The position numbers were made by a program, and so were the translations under genes. Below are positions 1 through 9,023 of a stretch of DNA of 64,000 nt, piece by piece (within the stretch, counting starts at the first letter, position 1; each line of letters starts with the position of its first letter). A model generated the notes under the pieces. The model was not told the DNA's origin, did not search any database, and saw nothing but the letters and a program-made list of their open reading frames with translations. Origin of the DNA: Candidatus Latescibacterota bacterium (lineage in GTDB: Bacteria > Latescibacterota > UBA2968 > UBA8231); the NCBI GenBank assembly GCA_965215195.1, contig CBDCDC010000002.1, forward strand, positions 4,736,001 to 4,800,000, in the 5' to 3' direction.

Positions 1-121
1 AGGTTGTGAAGCGCTTGGTACAGCTCGTGCATTCGCGGCGACGACGGATCGCCATACCTTCGCGGCACGACCGCGAATCCACCACCCGATCTTCTTCACA
101 ACTGCAATAGGGACACCGCAT
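1..121 (-). CDS. nrdR: Transcriptional repressor NrdR, N-terminal part (runs off window)
   Basis: Manual translation [40 protein letters not shown] has the NrdR zinc ribbon and RRRREC motif; GGAGG RBS upstream; not in ORF track. Confidence 0.95.
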   Translation of the reverse strand, partial: MRCPYCSCEEDRVVDSRSCREGMAIRRRRECTSCTKRFTT

Positions 122-223
122 AGACGAATCCTCCCACCAGTCTATTCAGAGCACGGCGGACAGCGTTTGTGCGAGGAGCAACGGGAAGGGAATTAATACT
201 ACCATAAAAAAAATAGGCAACCG

Positions 224-880
224 TCAGTTGAGCCTGAAGGTGAAGGGCAGGTTGACCCAGACCTTGACGGGCCGGTCGTTTTGCATGGCCGGCGTAAATT
301 CCGTCTGGAGCGCGGCGGCTTTGGCGACCTCGTGGAAGACCTTGGGGCCAGTGATCTTGCCGATTTGCTCGACCTTGCCGTCTTTGCCGACTAGCGCCGT
401 GACAAACACCTTGCCGGTGATGTTGGCCTTCTGGGCGGTAGCTGGATACTTGGGCGTTACTTTTTTGACCACCACGGGCTGCTTCTCGACCCGCCACAAC
501 TCAACTATTTCCTCTTCCTCCTCCAACTCTACTTCCTCAACCACCTCTTCCTTTAGTGGCGGCGGCGGTGCCAGATCGTCGAGATCGAAGTCGAGCTCAG
601 TATCCTCAATGGTCACGTCATCCGGGACATCCGGGTTGTCGGTAGGCACGGGCACTACCGGCCGGGCCGGCGGTGGGGGCCGGCGCTCTTGCTTAGTCTC
701 GGGGATTTCTTCGAGTTGAATGACGATCGGCTCTTCGGATTTGGCGTAGGCTTCGGGCTCGAAGCTGGGGAAGAGCCCAAAGAGGGCCGCGTGCAAGAGG
801 GTAGAAAATCCCGTGCAGGCCCATAACGTCTTCCGGTACGTCAACCGCAGGTTGGCTTCAGGCTGTTTGCCGCGAATCAT
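224..880 (-). CDS. tonB: Energy transducer TonB
   Basis: N-terminal TM, Pro/Glu-rich linker, C-terminal PKYP..A....I.GKV.V...FTPA TonB_C domain. Confidence 0.9.
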   Translation of the reverse strand: MIRGKQPEANLRLTYRKTLWACTGFSTLLHAALFGLFPSFEPEAYAKSEEPIVIQLEEIPETKQERRPPPPARPVVPVPTDNPDVPDDVTIEDTELDFDLDDLAPPPPLKEEVVEEVELEEEEEIVELWRVEKQPVVVKKVTPKYPATAQKANITGKVFVTALVGKDGKVEQIGKITGPKVFHEVAKAAALQTEFTPAMQNDRPVKVWVNLPFTFRLN

Positions 881-1290
881 TCGTCCAGCTCCCGCTTGGT
901 AGAAAAGTTGACCCGCAACGCCTCCACCTTGCGCAGCTCCTCCATAACATCGGAAATCACCCCGAACTCGGAATCCTTATCGCCCCGCAACGAGATGATC
1001 AACCGAGGATTGGCCGTCAGGTACTTATGCACCAACTTGCCCACTTCGGAAAGCGGTATGTTCCGGTCTTCGATACTGACGACCCCTTCGCTATTGACCC
1101 AAACCTGCAATACGTTGCGGCGGCTTTCGAGCTTCTCAATTTTTTCGGCCTGCGGCAACTTCACCGGCACACCCCTATAGCGCACAAAAACCGTCGAGAC
1201 CATAAAAAACACGAGGAGCAGGAAGGATATATCGGCCATGGAGGCCGTGGGAATGACGCTACCCACTTTGGCTTTGCGTGCGAATTTCAC
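877..1290 (-). CDS. exbD: Biopolymer transporter ExbD
   Basis: IPTASMADISFLLLVFFMV motif, LRGDKD. Confidence 0.92.
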   Translation of the reverse strand: MKFARKAKVGSVIPTASMADISFLLLVFFMVSTVFVRYRGVPVKLPQAEKIEKLESRRNVLQVWVNSEGVVSIEDRNIPLSEVGKLVHKYLTANPRLIISLRGDKDSEFGVISDVMEELRKVEALRVNFSTKRELDE

Positions 1291-1293
1291 AGG

Positions 1294-1707
1294 CTATTCT
1301 TCCGGGTTGGCAATCGAGATTTTGGTAGCGCCGGCCAGTTTGAGCTCGTCTAGTACATCGACGAAGGTGCGATAGGTGGCCCCACGCTCGGTCTTGAGCG
1401 AGACGATCAGATTCTCGTTTTCCCGCAGACGCCCCTCAATTCGCCCCTTGAGTTCGGCAAAAGGCACCGGCGTTAGCTGGTCATTTTCAAAAAAGGCGAC
1501 TTGGTCGCGGGCGTTGATCCACACGTTGAGAATGTTCTTTTCTTGTACCTCCTTGGTCTCGCCCACCGGCGGCAAGTGCAATGAGAGGCCCTTGTCTTGG
1601 TTCATGGTGGTCGTGACGAGGAAGAACACGATCAGCAGAAAGGCGATATCCGCCATCGAAGCCGTGGGGATTTCCGGGGCAACCCGGCTCTGGGGCCTCT
1701 TGATCAC
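1294..1707 (-). CDS. exbD: Biopolymer transporter ExbD (second copy)
   Basis: EIPTASMADIAFLLIVFFLVTT; start re-assigned to GTG at 1707, just after exbB stop. Confidence 0.9.
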   Translation of the reverse strand: MIKRPQSRVAPEIPTASMADIAFLLIVFFLVTTTMNQDKGLSLHLPPVGETKEVQEKNILNVWINARDQVAFFENDQLTPVPFAELKGRIEGRLRENENLIVSLKTERGATYRTFVDVLDELKLAGATKISIANPEE

Positions 1708-1709
1708 GC

Positions 1710-2327
1710 TTAGGCTCCTTGGTGCTGGCGCTCGGCCAACAGGTCGATGAAGTTGGCCGTCTGCTCGGTCATGTCGGCGATGAGCTTGTCGATGCGATTG
1801 GCGCAGAAGTTGTAGCAAAACTGGATCAGGATGCCCACGATCAGACCCGTAGCTGTGGTGATTAGGGCCTCGGAAATACCGCCCGCGACCATGGAAGGCT
1901 CGACATCGCCGGCTTCCTTGATCGCCTGAAAGGCATTGATCATACCGCTGACCGTACCCAAAAAGCCTATCATCGGCGCCAAGTTGGCCACGGTCGAGAG
2001 CCAGACCATGCCGCGCTCGAGAAAGGCCATCTCCACCGCGCCGGAATTGTCAATGGCCTTCTCGACGTGGTCGATGCCGCGCTCCAAGCGCAGGAGCCCA
2101 GCGTGGATAACGGAGGCAACCGGACCGCGCGTCCGTGAGCAAAGCGCGGCCGCGGCGTCGGGGCCGTCACTTTTGAGTGCCTCTTCGAGGTCCGTGAAGA
2201 AATTCGCAGCGTCAATCGACGAGCGCGACAGATTGTACAGGCGCTCGGCCGCTACGGCAACGCCGATGATGAGCAGAAGGAGCAGGGGATACATGGCCCA
2301 TCCACCATCTTGAAAAAGATCTATCAT
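1710..2327 (-). CDS. exbB: MotA/TolQ/ExbB proton channel protein
   Basis: APMIGFLGTVSGMI and GISEALITTATGL motifs. Confidence 0.93.
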   Translation of the reverse strand: MIDLFQDGGWAMYPLLLLLIIGVAVAAERLYNLSRSSIDAANFFTDLEEALKSDGPDAAAALCSRTRGPVASVIHAGLLRLERGIDHVEKAIDNSGAVEMAFLERGMVWLSTVANLAPMIGFLGTVSGMINAFQAIKEAGDVEPSMVAGGISEALITTATGLIVGILIQFCYNFCANRIDKLIADMTEQTANFIDLLAERQHQGA

Positions 2328-2379
2328 TTTTCTCCTCGCGGTTATAACGTTAGTCCCGGTCTAAAGACCGGAGCGATGC

Positions 2380-3474
2380 TTAGTTTTGCTCTTCTTGTGC
2401 CTCTTCGCCACCGAAGAACTGCCGCTTGAGCTTTTCTTCCTCAGTCTCGGGTGGCCGGAGCTGCCAGATGCGCTGCTGGGCGATCTTCTCCCAAGCCGGA
2501 TCGGCCTTGGCTTTCTCAAAAGCGGCGATAGCCCCCTCCTCGTCGCCCTCCCGCACCAAACTATCGCCCTTGAGCAACAGCAGGTGTGCATCCTCGGAAT
2601 TTCCCTTCAGCCCCCGCTTCAACCACGCTTTTGCCGAGGCAAACTCGCCACGACCTTGGTGCCACTCCACTAGCTCAGCTACGCTCTCCAGATCCTTGGG
2701 ATCGGCCTCGATCATGCCCTTGAGGCCTTCGACGCGCATAGTGTCGTCGCCCGCTTTAGCGGCGATTGATGCGAGGCGGTTATAATAGGAATAGGCGTTC
2801 TGCGAATCCACCCGCGCTAGTTCCAACAACGAGTCGTAAGCCCCTTTGACATCGCCGACCTCTAACTGCAACTCGACGATACTCTCCAGTTGGTCAGCAC
2901 CACCCGTCCCGCCTTCGAGACGCCACGCAAGGGCCTGCGCCGCCTGCCCCAGCTCCTCGTGCAACACCGCAAGTATTTCAAATAGCTCGGCATCCTCGCT
3001 CCCGTCCGCGACCAACTGTTCGTAGTGGGCAACAGCCCGCTCGTTGTGGCCCTCGCGGCGATAGAGGTCGGCCAGCTTGCGCCGGTGCTCGGCCGCGTCC
3101 GGCTTTTTGAGCAGTGCGCGCTCCAAGCTCCAAGCAGCCGAATCGGGCAAGTCAATGGCTTGATATACCGAATAGAGAAGCAGGTTGGAATTCAGATGCA
3201 GCGAGTCGATACTGACTGCCCGGCGCAATGCGATGCGCGCGCCGGCGAAATCCTTTTTATCGTAGTACACCTTCCCCAAGAAGAAGGCGGCCTTCAGGTC
3301 TTGGGGACTATATTGCAGAAGAGTCGTGTAATAGCCTATGGCCCGGTCGTACTCTTTGCTTTGGCGGGCCGTCTTGGCCAAGTATTTGTACTTGCGGATT
3401 GAATCGGCCGTTGCAATTTCCTCGGCCTCGGCACCCAAAATCAAGGCGCAGATCACTAGCCCTAGGGTACGCAT
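2380..3474 (-). CDS. Exported tetratricopeptide repeat protein
   Basis: Signal-peptide-like N-terminus from ATG 3474, multiple TPR-like helices; first gene of the exbB-tonB run. Confidence 0.8.
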   Translation of the reverse strand: MRTLGLVICALILGAEAEEIATADSIRKYKYLAKTARQSKEYDRAIGYYTTLLQYSPQDLKAAFFLGKVYYDKKDFAGARIALRRAVSIDSLHLNSNLLLYSVYQAIDLPDSAAWSLERALLKKPDAAEHRRKLADLYRREGHNERAVAHYEQLVADGSEDAELFEILAVLHEELGQAAQALAWRLEGGTGGADQLESIVELQLEVGDVKGAYDSLLELARVDSQNAYSYYNRLASIAAKAGDDTMRVEGLKGMIEADPKDLESVAELVEWHQGRGEFASAKAWLKRGLKGNSEDAHLLLLKGDSLVREGDEEGAIAAFEKAKADPAWEKIAQQRIWQLRPPETEEEKLKRQFFGGEEAQEEQN

Positions 3475-3820
3475 CAGATTACATTTCACGGTGAGCAATC
3501 CTCAATGGCTACGGTCTCCGAGCTGCGACAATTCGCGGGTTCGTTGCTCAATGCAGCCTCGCAGAGCCGTCAAAATATGGATTTACTGTTTGAGATGCAA
3601 CTTCAAAGGCCACCCAAATCACACCCCCCGCGATTACATCTGTGTAGCAACTGCATTACATTTTCGCGGCTGGCCTCGCATCCGCAGATTGACAAGTATT
3701 TATTTTTAATGCACGTTATCCGCTTTAATAGCAAGGTAGCGACGAGTGCCTTTATCCGCGCCATCGCCGCGTTCACTTCCGCCGGACTCGAGCGGCGGCG
3801 CTAATCTGAGAGGAAAAGCC

Positions 3821-4675
3821 TTGAACTGGTTTGAAAAAATGAAAACCGGGATCAAGTCCCTAATAAAGCGCGAAATTCCCCAAGGCATCTGGATCAAGTG
3901 CAAAAAGTGTAGCCGCTCCAACTACGAGATGGCCCTGCGCCGCAGCCACTGGATCTGCCCGGAATGCGCCTTCCACTACCCCATCGGCCCGCAGCAATAC
4001 ATCGACTTCCTCGTCGATGACGGCACTTTTGCCGAAATCGACCCAGGCGTAATGCCCGTCGATCCGCTCAAGTTCAAAGGCTATAAGGACAAAATCAAGA
4101 AGGGGCGGCGCGAAAGCGGCACCAAGGAATCCGTGCGCACCGGCGTCGGCCAGATCGACGGGCAGCCCATTGCCCTCGCAATTATGGACACGCGCTACCT
4201 CATGGGCACTTTGGGCGGCGCGACCGGCGAAAAGATCTGCCGCCTCATTGACCGCGCCATTGCCGAACACCGCACCCTAATCGTCATCTGCCAGTCGGCT
4301 GGGGCCAGAATGCAGGAGAGCGCCTATTCCCTGATGCAGATGGCCCGGATCAGTGCCAAGCTCAACCAGCTCGCGCAAAACGGCTTGCTCTACATCGCCA
4401 TTCTCACCGACCCGACCTACGGGGGAGTCACCGCCAGCTTCGCCATGCTCGGCGATATTGCCTTGGCCGAACCCGGGGCGCGCATCGGGTTTGCTGGGCC
4501 AGCCGTCATCCAGCAGTTCCTCGGCACGGACGCTCCCTTTCCCGCGGGCTTTCAGAAAGCCGAGACCGTCCTCGAACACGGCTTTATCGACCGCATCGTC
4601 CCGCGCGACCGCATGGCGGCGGAATTGGCGCGCTTGATCGCACTTTTGGCCCCCAAGACTGCCGGCCACGCCTAG
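3821..4675 (+). CDS. accD: Acetyl-CoA carboxylase carboxyltransferase beta subunit
   Basis: W.KC..C...CPEC zinc finger, GARMQE, PTYGGVTASFA, GFAGP motifs; TTG start at 3821 after GAGAGG. Confidence 0.95.
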   Translation: MNWFEKMKTGIKSLIKREIPQGIWIKCKKCSRSNYEMALRRSHWICPECAFHYPIGPQQYIDFLVDDGTFAEIDPGVMPVDPLKFKGYKDKIKKGRRESGTKESVRTGVGQIDGQPIALAIMDTRYLMGTLGGATGEKICRLIDRAIAEHRTLIVICQSAGARMQESAYSLMQMARISAKLNQLAQNGLLYIAILTDPTYGGVTASFAMLGDIALAEPGARIGFAGPAVIQQFLGTDAPFPAGFQKAETVLEHGFIDRIVPRDRMAAELARLIALLAPKTAGHA

Positions 4676-5955
4676 AAGTTCTGTCCTAGGCTCAGCCAGA
4701 TATCCATTTGCTCGTCGGCCACGCCCGTGCCCATGCGGATCACGAGATCGGCGTCCCAAATCATGCGCACCCCCGCGCCGCCGCTGACGTGCATGTCCGA
4801 CCATCCAATCTGATCCAAGTCGGGCCAGACCCGGCCCAAATCGAAAAAAGCCATTCCCTGCCACTCTATGTACTGCCCGTAAAACCAGACATCGTATAGT
4901 TGGTAGCGCAATTCGACATTGGAGAAAAAGCGCACGTCGTCTGTAAACCGCTGGGTGTCGAAACCGCGCAGCGAACCGCTGCCGCCCAACCCCTTGACCC
5001 GGCGGCTGCCGCCGATCTCGCCATAGGCATAGAGGGGTACTTCGCCACTGAGCACCTCCAGCACGAGGCGATGGGAGAAGTTCACCCGAGGCGACAGCGG
5101 GATGTAGTAGGCGTTGGTCAGGGTCACACGGCTAAAATCAATAGGCTCGAAGAACAGCGCCAGAAGCGAGTTGCGCGCCGACTCGTACGACCACTCCTGA
5201 AACAGGCCGCGCTGCGGCACCACTTCGTCGTCGCGGGTATCCCACTGGAGAGTCGCACTGATAAACCCGGAAAATCCATCTATCACTCCGTCTGGGGTGC
5301 CTCGCTCTAAATAGAATGCCTGCGTCCCCCGCTGGTCCACATCGACGCGCTCCAGCCCAAAACCGACCGACGTGGATACCGGACCGTACAAACGGCGAAA
5401 AAGGCTCACCAAGATCCGCGGGTTTCTCTCTAGAATATAGTAGTAGTAGTTCTCATCCTTGAAATCAGCGCTATTCGGCTCGACGAAGTCTCGCTTGAAT
5501 GCGCTGTCGTTGCCCAACCCATAGTAGCGCGTGCGCAGATTGCGCTCGCGGACCAACTCCAGCCTCAGGCCGAAACCCGTCCCCGAAATCCGCGGCACCC
5601 TCATCTGGACGCGGTTTTTTAATTTGCCCTCCGAGGACTGCTGTACGTGCAAGGTCAGCTTGTACAGATAGGGCTGGTGCCGGTAGTCGGCCCAATGGAC
5701 GCGCGCACCCCAGTTCCAGCCCGTGTTGGGGCTGAGAAAGACGAAGGGAAGACCGGTGACGCCGTAGGGAATGCCCCGCAGGATAAACTGGCGTCGCTTT
5801 GCCATCCAGCGCACGGCTTCCACGGTCTGCTCGGTCGCCGACTGCGAGACTTTGGCCAGCAGCGGGGACTCAGGCTGGCTGTGGGTGGAATCGACGCGGA
5901 CCTCGCCCCACGCGCCCGCTGCGAACAATAGGACGCCGATGAGAAGCCGCTTCAC
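4672..5955 (-). CDS. Omp85/BamA-TamA family outer-membrane barrel, apparently without POTRA domains
   Basis: Signal peptide, WDTRD, LRGF (VRGY-like) loop, terminal LGQNF. Confidence 0.8.
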   Translation of the reverse strand: MKRLLIGVLLFAAGAWGEVRVDSTHSQPESPLLAKVSQSATEQTVEAVRWMAKRRQFILRGIPYGVTGLPFVFLSPNTGWNWGARVHWADYRHQPYLYKLTLHVQQSSEGKLKNRVQMRVPRISGTGFGLRLELVRERNLRTRYYGLGNDSAFKRDFVEPNSADFKDENYYYYILERNPRILVSLFRRLYGPVSTSVGFGLERVDVDQRGTQAFYLERGTPDGVIDGFSGFISATLQWDTRDDEVVPQRGLFQEWSYESARNSLLALFFEPIDFSRVTLTNAYYIPLSPRVNFSHRLVLEVLSGEVPLYAYGEIGGSRRVKGLGGSGSLRGFDTQRFTDDVRFFSNVELRYQLYDVWFYGQYIEWQGMAFFDLGRVWPDLDQIGWSDMHVSGGAGVRMIWDADLVIRMGTGVADEQMDIWLSLGQNF

Positions 5956-6812
5956 CGCGCCTGTCCTGCCCCCGCGTCCGCAGGGGGTGAAGGCGTGAAA
6001 ACGCCGCGCTCAAAGCGCTGGCGGTCAACCGGACTTATTGGGGCATTGAGCGAATAGCGGAGCGGCGTAATCGCGATCGCGCCGTGCGCCAAAGCTACCA
6101 CATCGCTGCTAGCGCCATCGCCGATCACCTGCAACTGGCAGCTATGGTACGCGAAGTGCGGCTCGTCCTCCCGCCGGGCGAATAGCGGACCATAGCTCGT
6201 CTTTGCCAAGCCCGTCAGGCATCTCGGGGATTCGCGCCTAGTACTGGCGGGCATGTTCACCGCGATCACGTCGGCACCAGCGGGCAACCCCCCGCGCAAG
6301 ATCTCGGCGGCGATTTCTGCGGCAACGGCCGCGGCCGCCGCGACCAATGCACTGAGCGCGGGATCGAGCCGGCGCGACCGCCGCCAATGGGCAAAAGCCG
6401 GCTCGGGCAGTTCCAGTGAAAAAGCCGCGGACGGCACTCCGGCGAGAAAGCCCTCTACAGCCGCCCCTATCGTGCCCGAACTCAGGGTGAAAGCGAGGCC
6501 GGAGTTGACGCCCATATTGACGCCAGAAACCACTAGGGCCGGCTTTGCGGAACAGAGGTTGTGAATGCCGATATGGGCGCAGTCGGCCGGCTTGCCAGTC
6601 AGGGTCTGAACGGGAAAGCCACCGCATTCGATCTCGGCCAACACCAACGGCTCAAAGCGGCTCATACTCTTGCTGGTCCAGCTACATTCCGCAGCCGGCA
6701 CGACCACGCACAGCTCGGCCAACTCGGATAGCTCCTGCAGCAAAGGCACCAAAATGGGCGAATCAGCACCGTCGTCGTTTGTCACCAATAGTTGGGGTTT
6801 TGCAGCGGTCAC
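5952..6812 (-). CDS. surE: 5'/3'-nucleotidase SurE
   Basis: LLVTNDDG, GKPADC, VVSGVNMG.N, SGTIGAA motifs; GTG start at 6812 with RBS. Confidence 0.9.
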   Translation of the reverse strand: MTAAKPQLLVTNDDGADSPILVPLLQELSELAELCVVVPAAECSWTSKSMSRFEPLVLAEIECGGFPVQTLTGKPADCAHIGIHNLCSAKPALVVSGVNMGVNSGLAFTLSSGTIGAAVEGFLAGVPSAAFSLELPEPAFAHWRRSRRLDPALSALVAAAAAVAAEIAAEILRGGLPAGADVIAVNMPASTRRESPRCLTGLAKTSYGPLFARREDEPHFAYHSCQLQVIGDGASSDVVALAHGAIAITPLRYSLNAPISPVDRQRFERGVFTPSPPADAGAGQAR

Positions 6813-6931
6813 AGTCGATTTTCCCTTCTCTATGGATGCGCTCGGAGGTGGCGTCATTATAATAACAATCCGCCATTCGGCTCCCAACAATTTCCTTGCT
6901 TAGCTGCGGCCTGTGGCCCTATTATTTTGCT

Positions 6932-7195
6932 ATGGATGACTCCATTCTCCTACAGGAACTTGAAACCCTCGCCGCAGGGCTGGATATCGAGGTGCGCTAC
7001 GACGATTTCGAGGGCCGGGGTGGGCTTTGTCGCTACGGCGGTAGGTCCTACTTGATCGTCAATCGCGAACTCGATACCGGAGCCAGAGTGCATTTGTTTT
7101 GCCGCGCCCTTTCGCGGCTGCCGCTCGACGCGGTCTTTATCCGTCCCCAAGTGCGGGAGCGAATCGAAAAATGTAGATCGCCTGCCGCCGCCTAG
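6932..7195 (+). CDS. Small hypothetical protein
   Basis: ORF from ATG 6932 (GGLCR..G...LIVN), divergent from surE; fills intergenic gap. Confidence 0.7.
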   Translation: MDDSILLQELETLAAGLDIEVRYDDFEGRGGLCRYGGRSYLIVNRELDTGARVHLFCRALSRLPLDAVFIRPQVRERIEKCRSPAAA

Positions 7196-7282
7196 TTGCC
7201 TGCAATTCAGGGACTAATCGCGCCCCAGTACCGCGCCCTTTCCCGACAAAATTTTACCGCCCGCAGAGCGGCCTGCCCTTCC

Positions 7283-7311
7283 TTGACAGTCCCTATTTCA
7301 TGGCCTATTTT
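7283..7311 (+). promoter_or_regulatory. Sigma70-type promoter of rpmI-rplT
   Basis: TTGACA (7283-7288), 17 nt, TATTTT (7306-7311). Confidence 0.65.
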
Positions 7312-7347
7312 AGCTCCTTTGTCTAAAATCGAGACAGAAGGACCACC

Positions 7348-7545
7348 ATGCCCAAAATCAAGACGCACAAATCCTCGTCCAAGCGCTTTAAGAAGCGCGG
7401 ATCGGGCCGCCTGAAGCGGCGCAATGCCTATGCCACGCACCTTTTGGGCGGCCGCTCGACCAAGCGCAAACGGGCCTTTCGCAAAAACAGCCCGGTCTCG
7501 TCGGCAGACCTAGCCAATGTTCGCCGTGCCCTGAACCTCAAGTAA
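7348..7545 (+). CDS. rpmI: 50S ribosomal protein L35
   Basis: MPKIKTHKSSSKRFK signature. Confidence 0.97.
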   Translation: MPKIKTHKSSSKRFKKRGSGRLKRRNAYATHLLGGRSTKRKRAFRKNSPVSSADLANVRRALNLK

Positions 7546-7568
7546 GTGAATTTAACGGAGAATAATCC

Positions 7569-7922
7569 ATGCCACGGGTACATCACGCCGTAGCCACCAA
7601 AAAGCGCAAGAAGAAGGTACTCAAACAATCCAAGGGTTATTGGGGGGCGCGCAGTCGCCTCTTCCGCACTGCTAGAGAAGCCGTCGACCGCGCTCAAGTC
7701 TACGCCTACCGCGACCGGCGCCGGCGCAAGCGGGACTTCCGCCGCCTCTGGATTATCCGCATCAATGCCGCCGCCCGCCGCAACGGCATGTCTTATAGCC
7801 AGCTCGTCCACGGGCTGGAACAAGCCGGCGTTGCAATCAACCGCAAGATCTTGGCCGATCTGGCCGTGCGCGATCCGGACGCCTTTGCCGCGGTAGTCGA
7901 ACAAGCCCGGTCCCACGTCTAA
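7569..7922 (+). CDS. rplT: 50S ribosomal protein L20
   Basis: MPRV...[26 protein letters not shown]. Confidence 0.98.
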   Translation: MPRVHHAVATKKRKKKVLKQSKGYWGARSRLFRTAREAVDRAQVYAYRDRRRRKRDFRRLWIIRINAAARRNGMSYSQLVHGLEQAGVAINRKILADLAVRDPDAFAAVVEQARSHV

Positions 7923-7937
7923 ACTTACATCCATCCG

Positions 7938-7977
7938 ACAAAAAGGGGCCGGCGATGCGCGCTGGGCCCTTTTTTGT
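7938..7977 (+). terminator. Intrinsic terminator after rplT
   Basis: ACAAAAAGGGGCCGGCG...CGCTGGGCCCTTTTTTGT stem with A and T tracts. Confidence 0.8.
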
Positions 7978-7994
7978 TCTATATAGGTCTATAA

Positions 7995-9005
7995 ATGTTA
8001 GAAGAAGTGCGACAATTGGCGTCGGTGGCCGTAGAGGAAATCGCGGCCGCCCGAGACGATAAGGCGCTGGAGGCACTGCGAGTTCACCACCTCGGGCGCA
8101 AGAGCCGGTTGCGCCAGATCGCGCGGCTGATCGGCCAGCAACCCGCTGCCCAACGACCGGCGCTAGGGGAGGCCACTGGTCGCGCTCAACAGGCCATTCA
8201 GCAGGCTCTAGACGCCAAGGCTCTAGCCTTCCGGCAGGTGGCCGAAGCGGCTTCGGCCCTCGACGTAACGCTCCCGGGCCGACGGCCCCTCTTGGGCTGT
8301 GCCCACCCCCTGTCCCAGCTAACCGACGAATTGATCGGCATCTTCCAAGGCATGGGTTTTGACGTGGCCGACGGGCCGGAAGCCGAGGACGAGTACCACA
8401 ACTTCGATGCCCTCAACACCCCGGCCGACCACCCCGCGCGCGACCTGCACGACACTTTCTATATAGAGGGCGGTGGACTCATGCGCACCCACACCTCCAC
8501 CGTGCAGATCCGCGTCATGGAGCAAACGCCGCCGCCGGTGCGGATCATCTCCTTGGGTCGCTGCTACCGCAGGGAAACGGTCGATGCAACCCACCACTTC
8601 GCCTTCCACCAGATCGAGGGTCTATACGTCGATCGCGGGGTCTCTTTCGCCGACTTGAAGGGCACTATTGAGGCCATGGGACGCCAGCTTATGGGCGCGG
8701 AGACCCGAGTGCGCTTTCGGCCTCACTTCTTTCCCTTTACCGAGCCAAGCGTGGAATACGATTTCACCTGCATCTGCAACGGGCAACGCGCGAACTGCTC
8801 CATCTGCAAGGAGACGGGGTGGATCGAAATCGCCGGGGCCGGCATGGTCGATCCGGCCGTTTTTACCGCGGTGGGCTACGACCCAGAGGAATATACTGGC
8901 TTTGCCTTCGGCATGGGATTGGAGCGGATCGCCATGATCCGACACGGCATCGACGACGTGCGGCGCTTCCTCGAAAACGACTTGCGCTTCACTCGGCAGT
9001 TCTGA
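7995..9005 (+). CDS. pheS: Phenylalanine--tRNA ligase alpha subunit
   Basis: HPARD.HDTFY, RTHTS, FPFTEPS, GFAFGMGLER. Confidence 0.98.
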   Translation: MLEEVRQLASVAVEEIAAARDDKALEALRVHHLGRKSRLRQIARLIGQQPAAQRPALGEATGRAQQAIQQALDAKALAFRQVAEAASALDVTLPGRRPLLGCAHPLSQLTDELIGIFQGMGFDVADGPEAEDEYHNFDALNTPADHPARDLHDTFYIEGGGLMRTHTSTVQIRVMEQTPPPVRIISLGRCYRRETVDATHHFAFHQIEGLYVDRGVSFADLKGTIEAMGRQLMGAETRVRFRPHFFPFTEPSVEYDFTCICNGQRANCSICKETGWIEIAGAGMVDPAVFTAVGYDPEEYTGFAFGMGLERIAMIRHGIDDVRRFLENDLRFTRQF

Positions 9006-9023
9006 GGTTTTCGACAACGCCTT

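Noticed and set aside
3505-3820. 99-aa ORF and upstream extension of accD
   Set aside because: AT-rich divergent promoter region; accD homology starts at TTG 3821 with an RBS
7923-7994. pheM attenuator or T-box upstream of pheS
   Set aside because: No Phe-rich leader peptide and no space for a T-box; only a terminator is present
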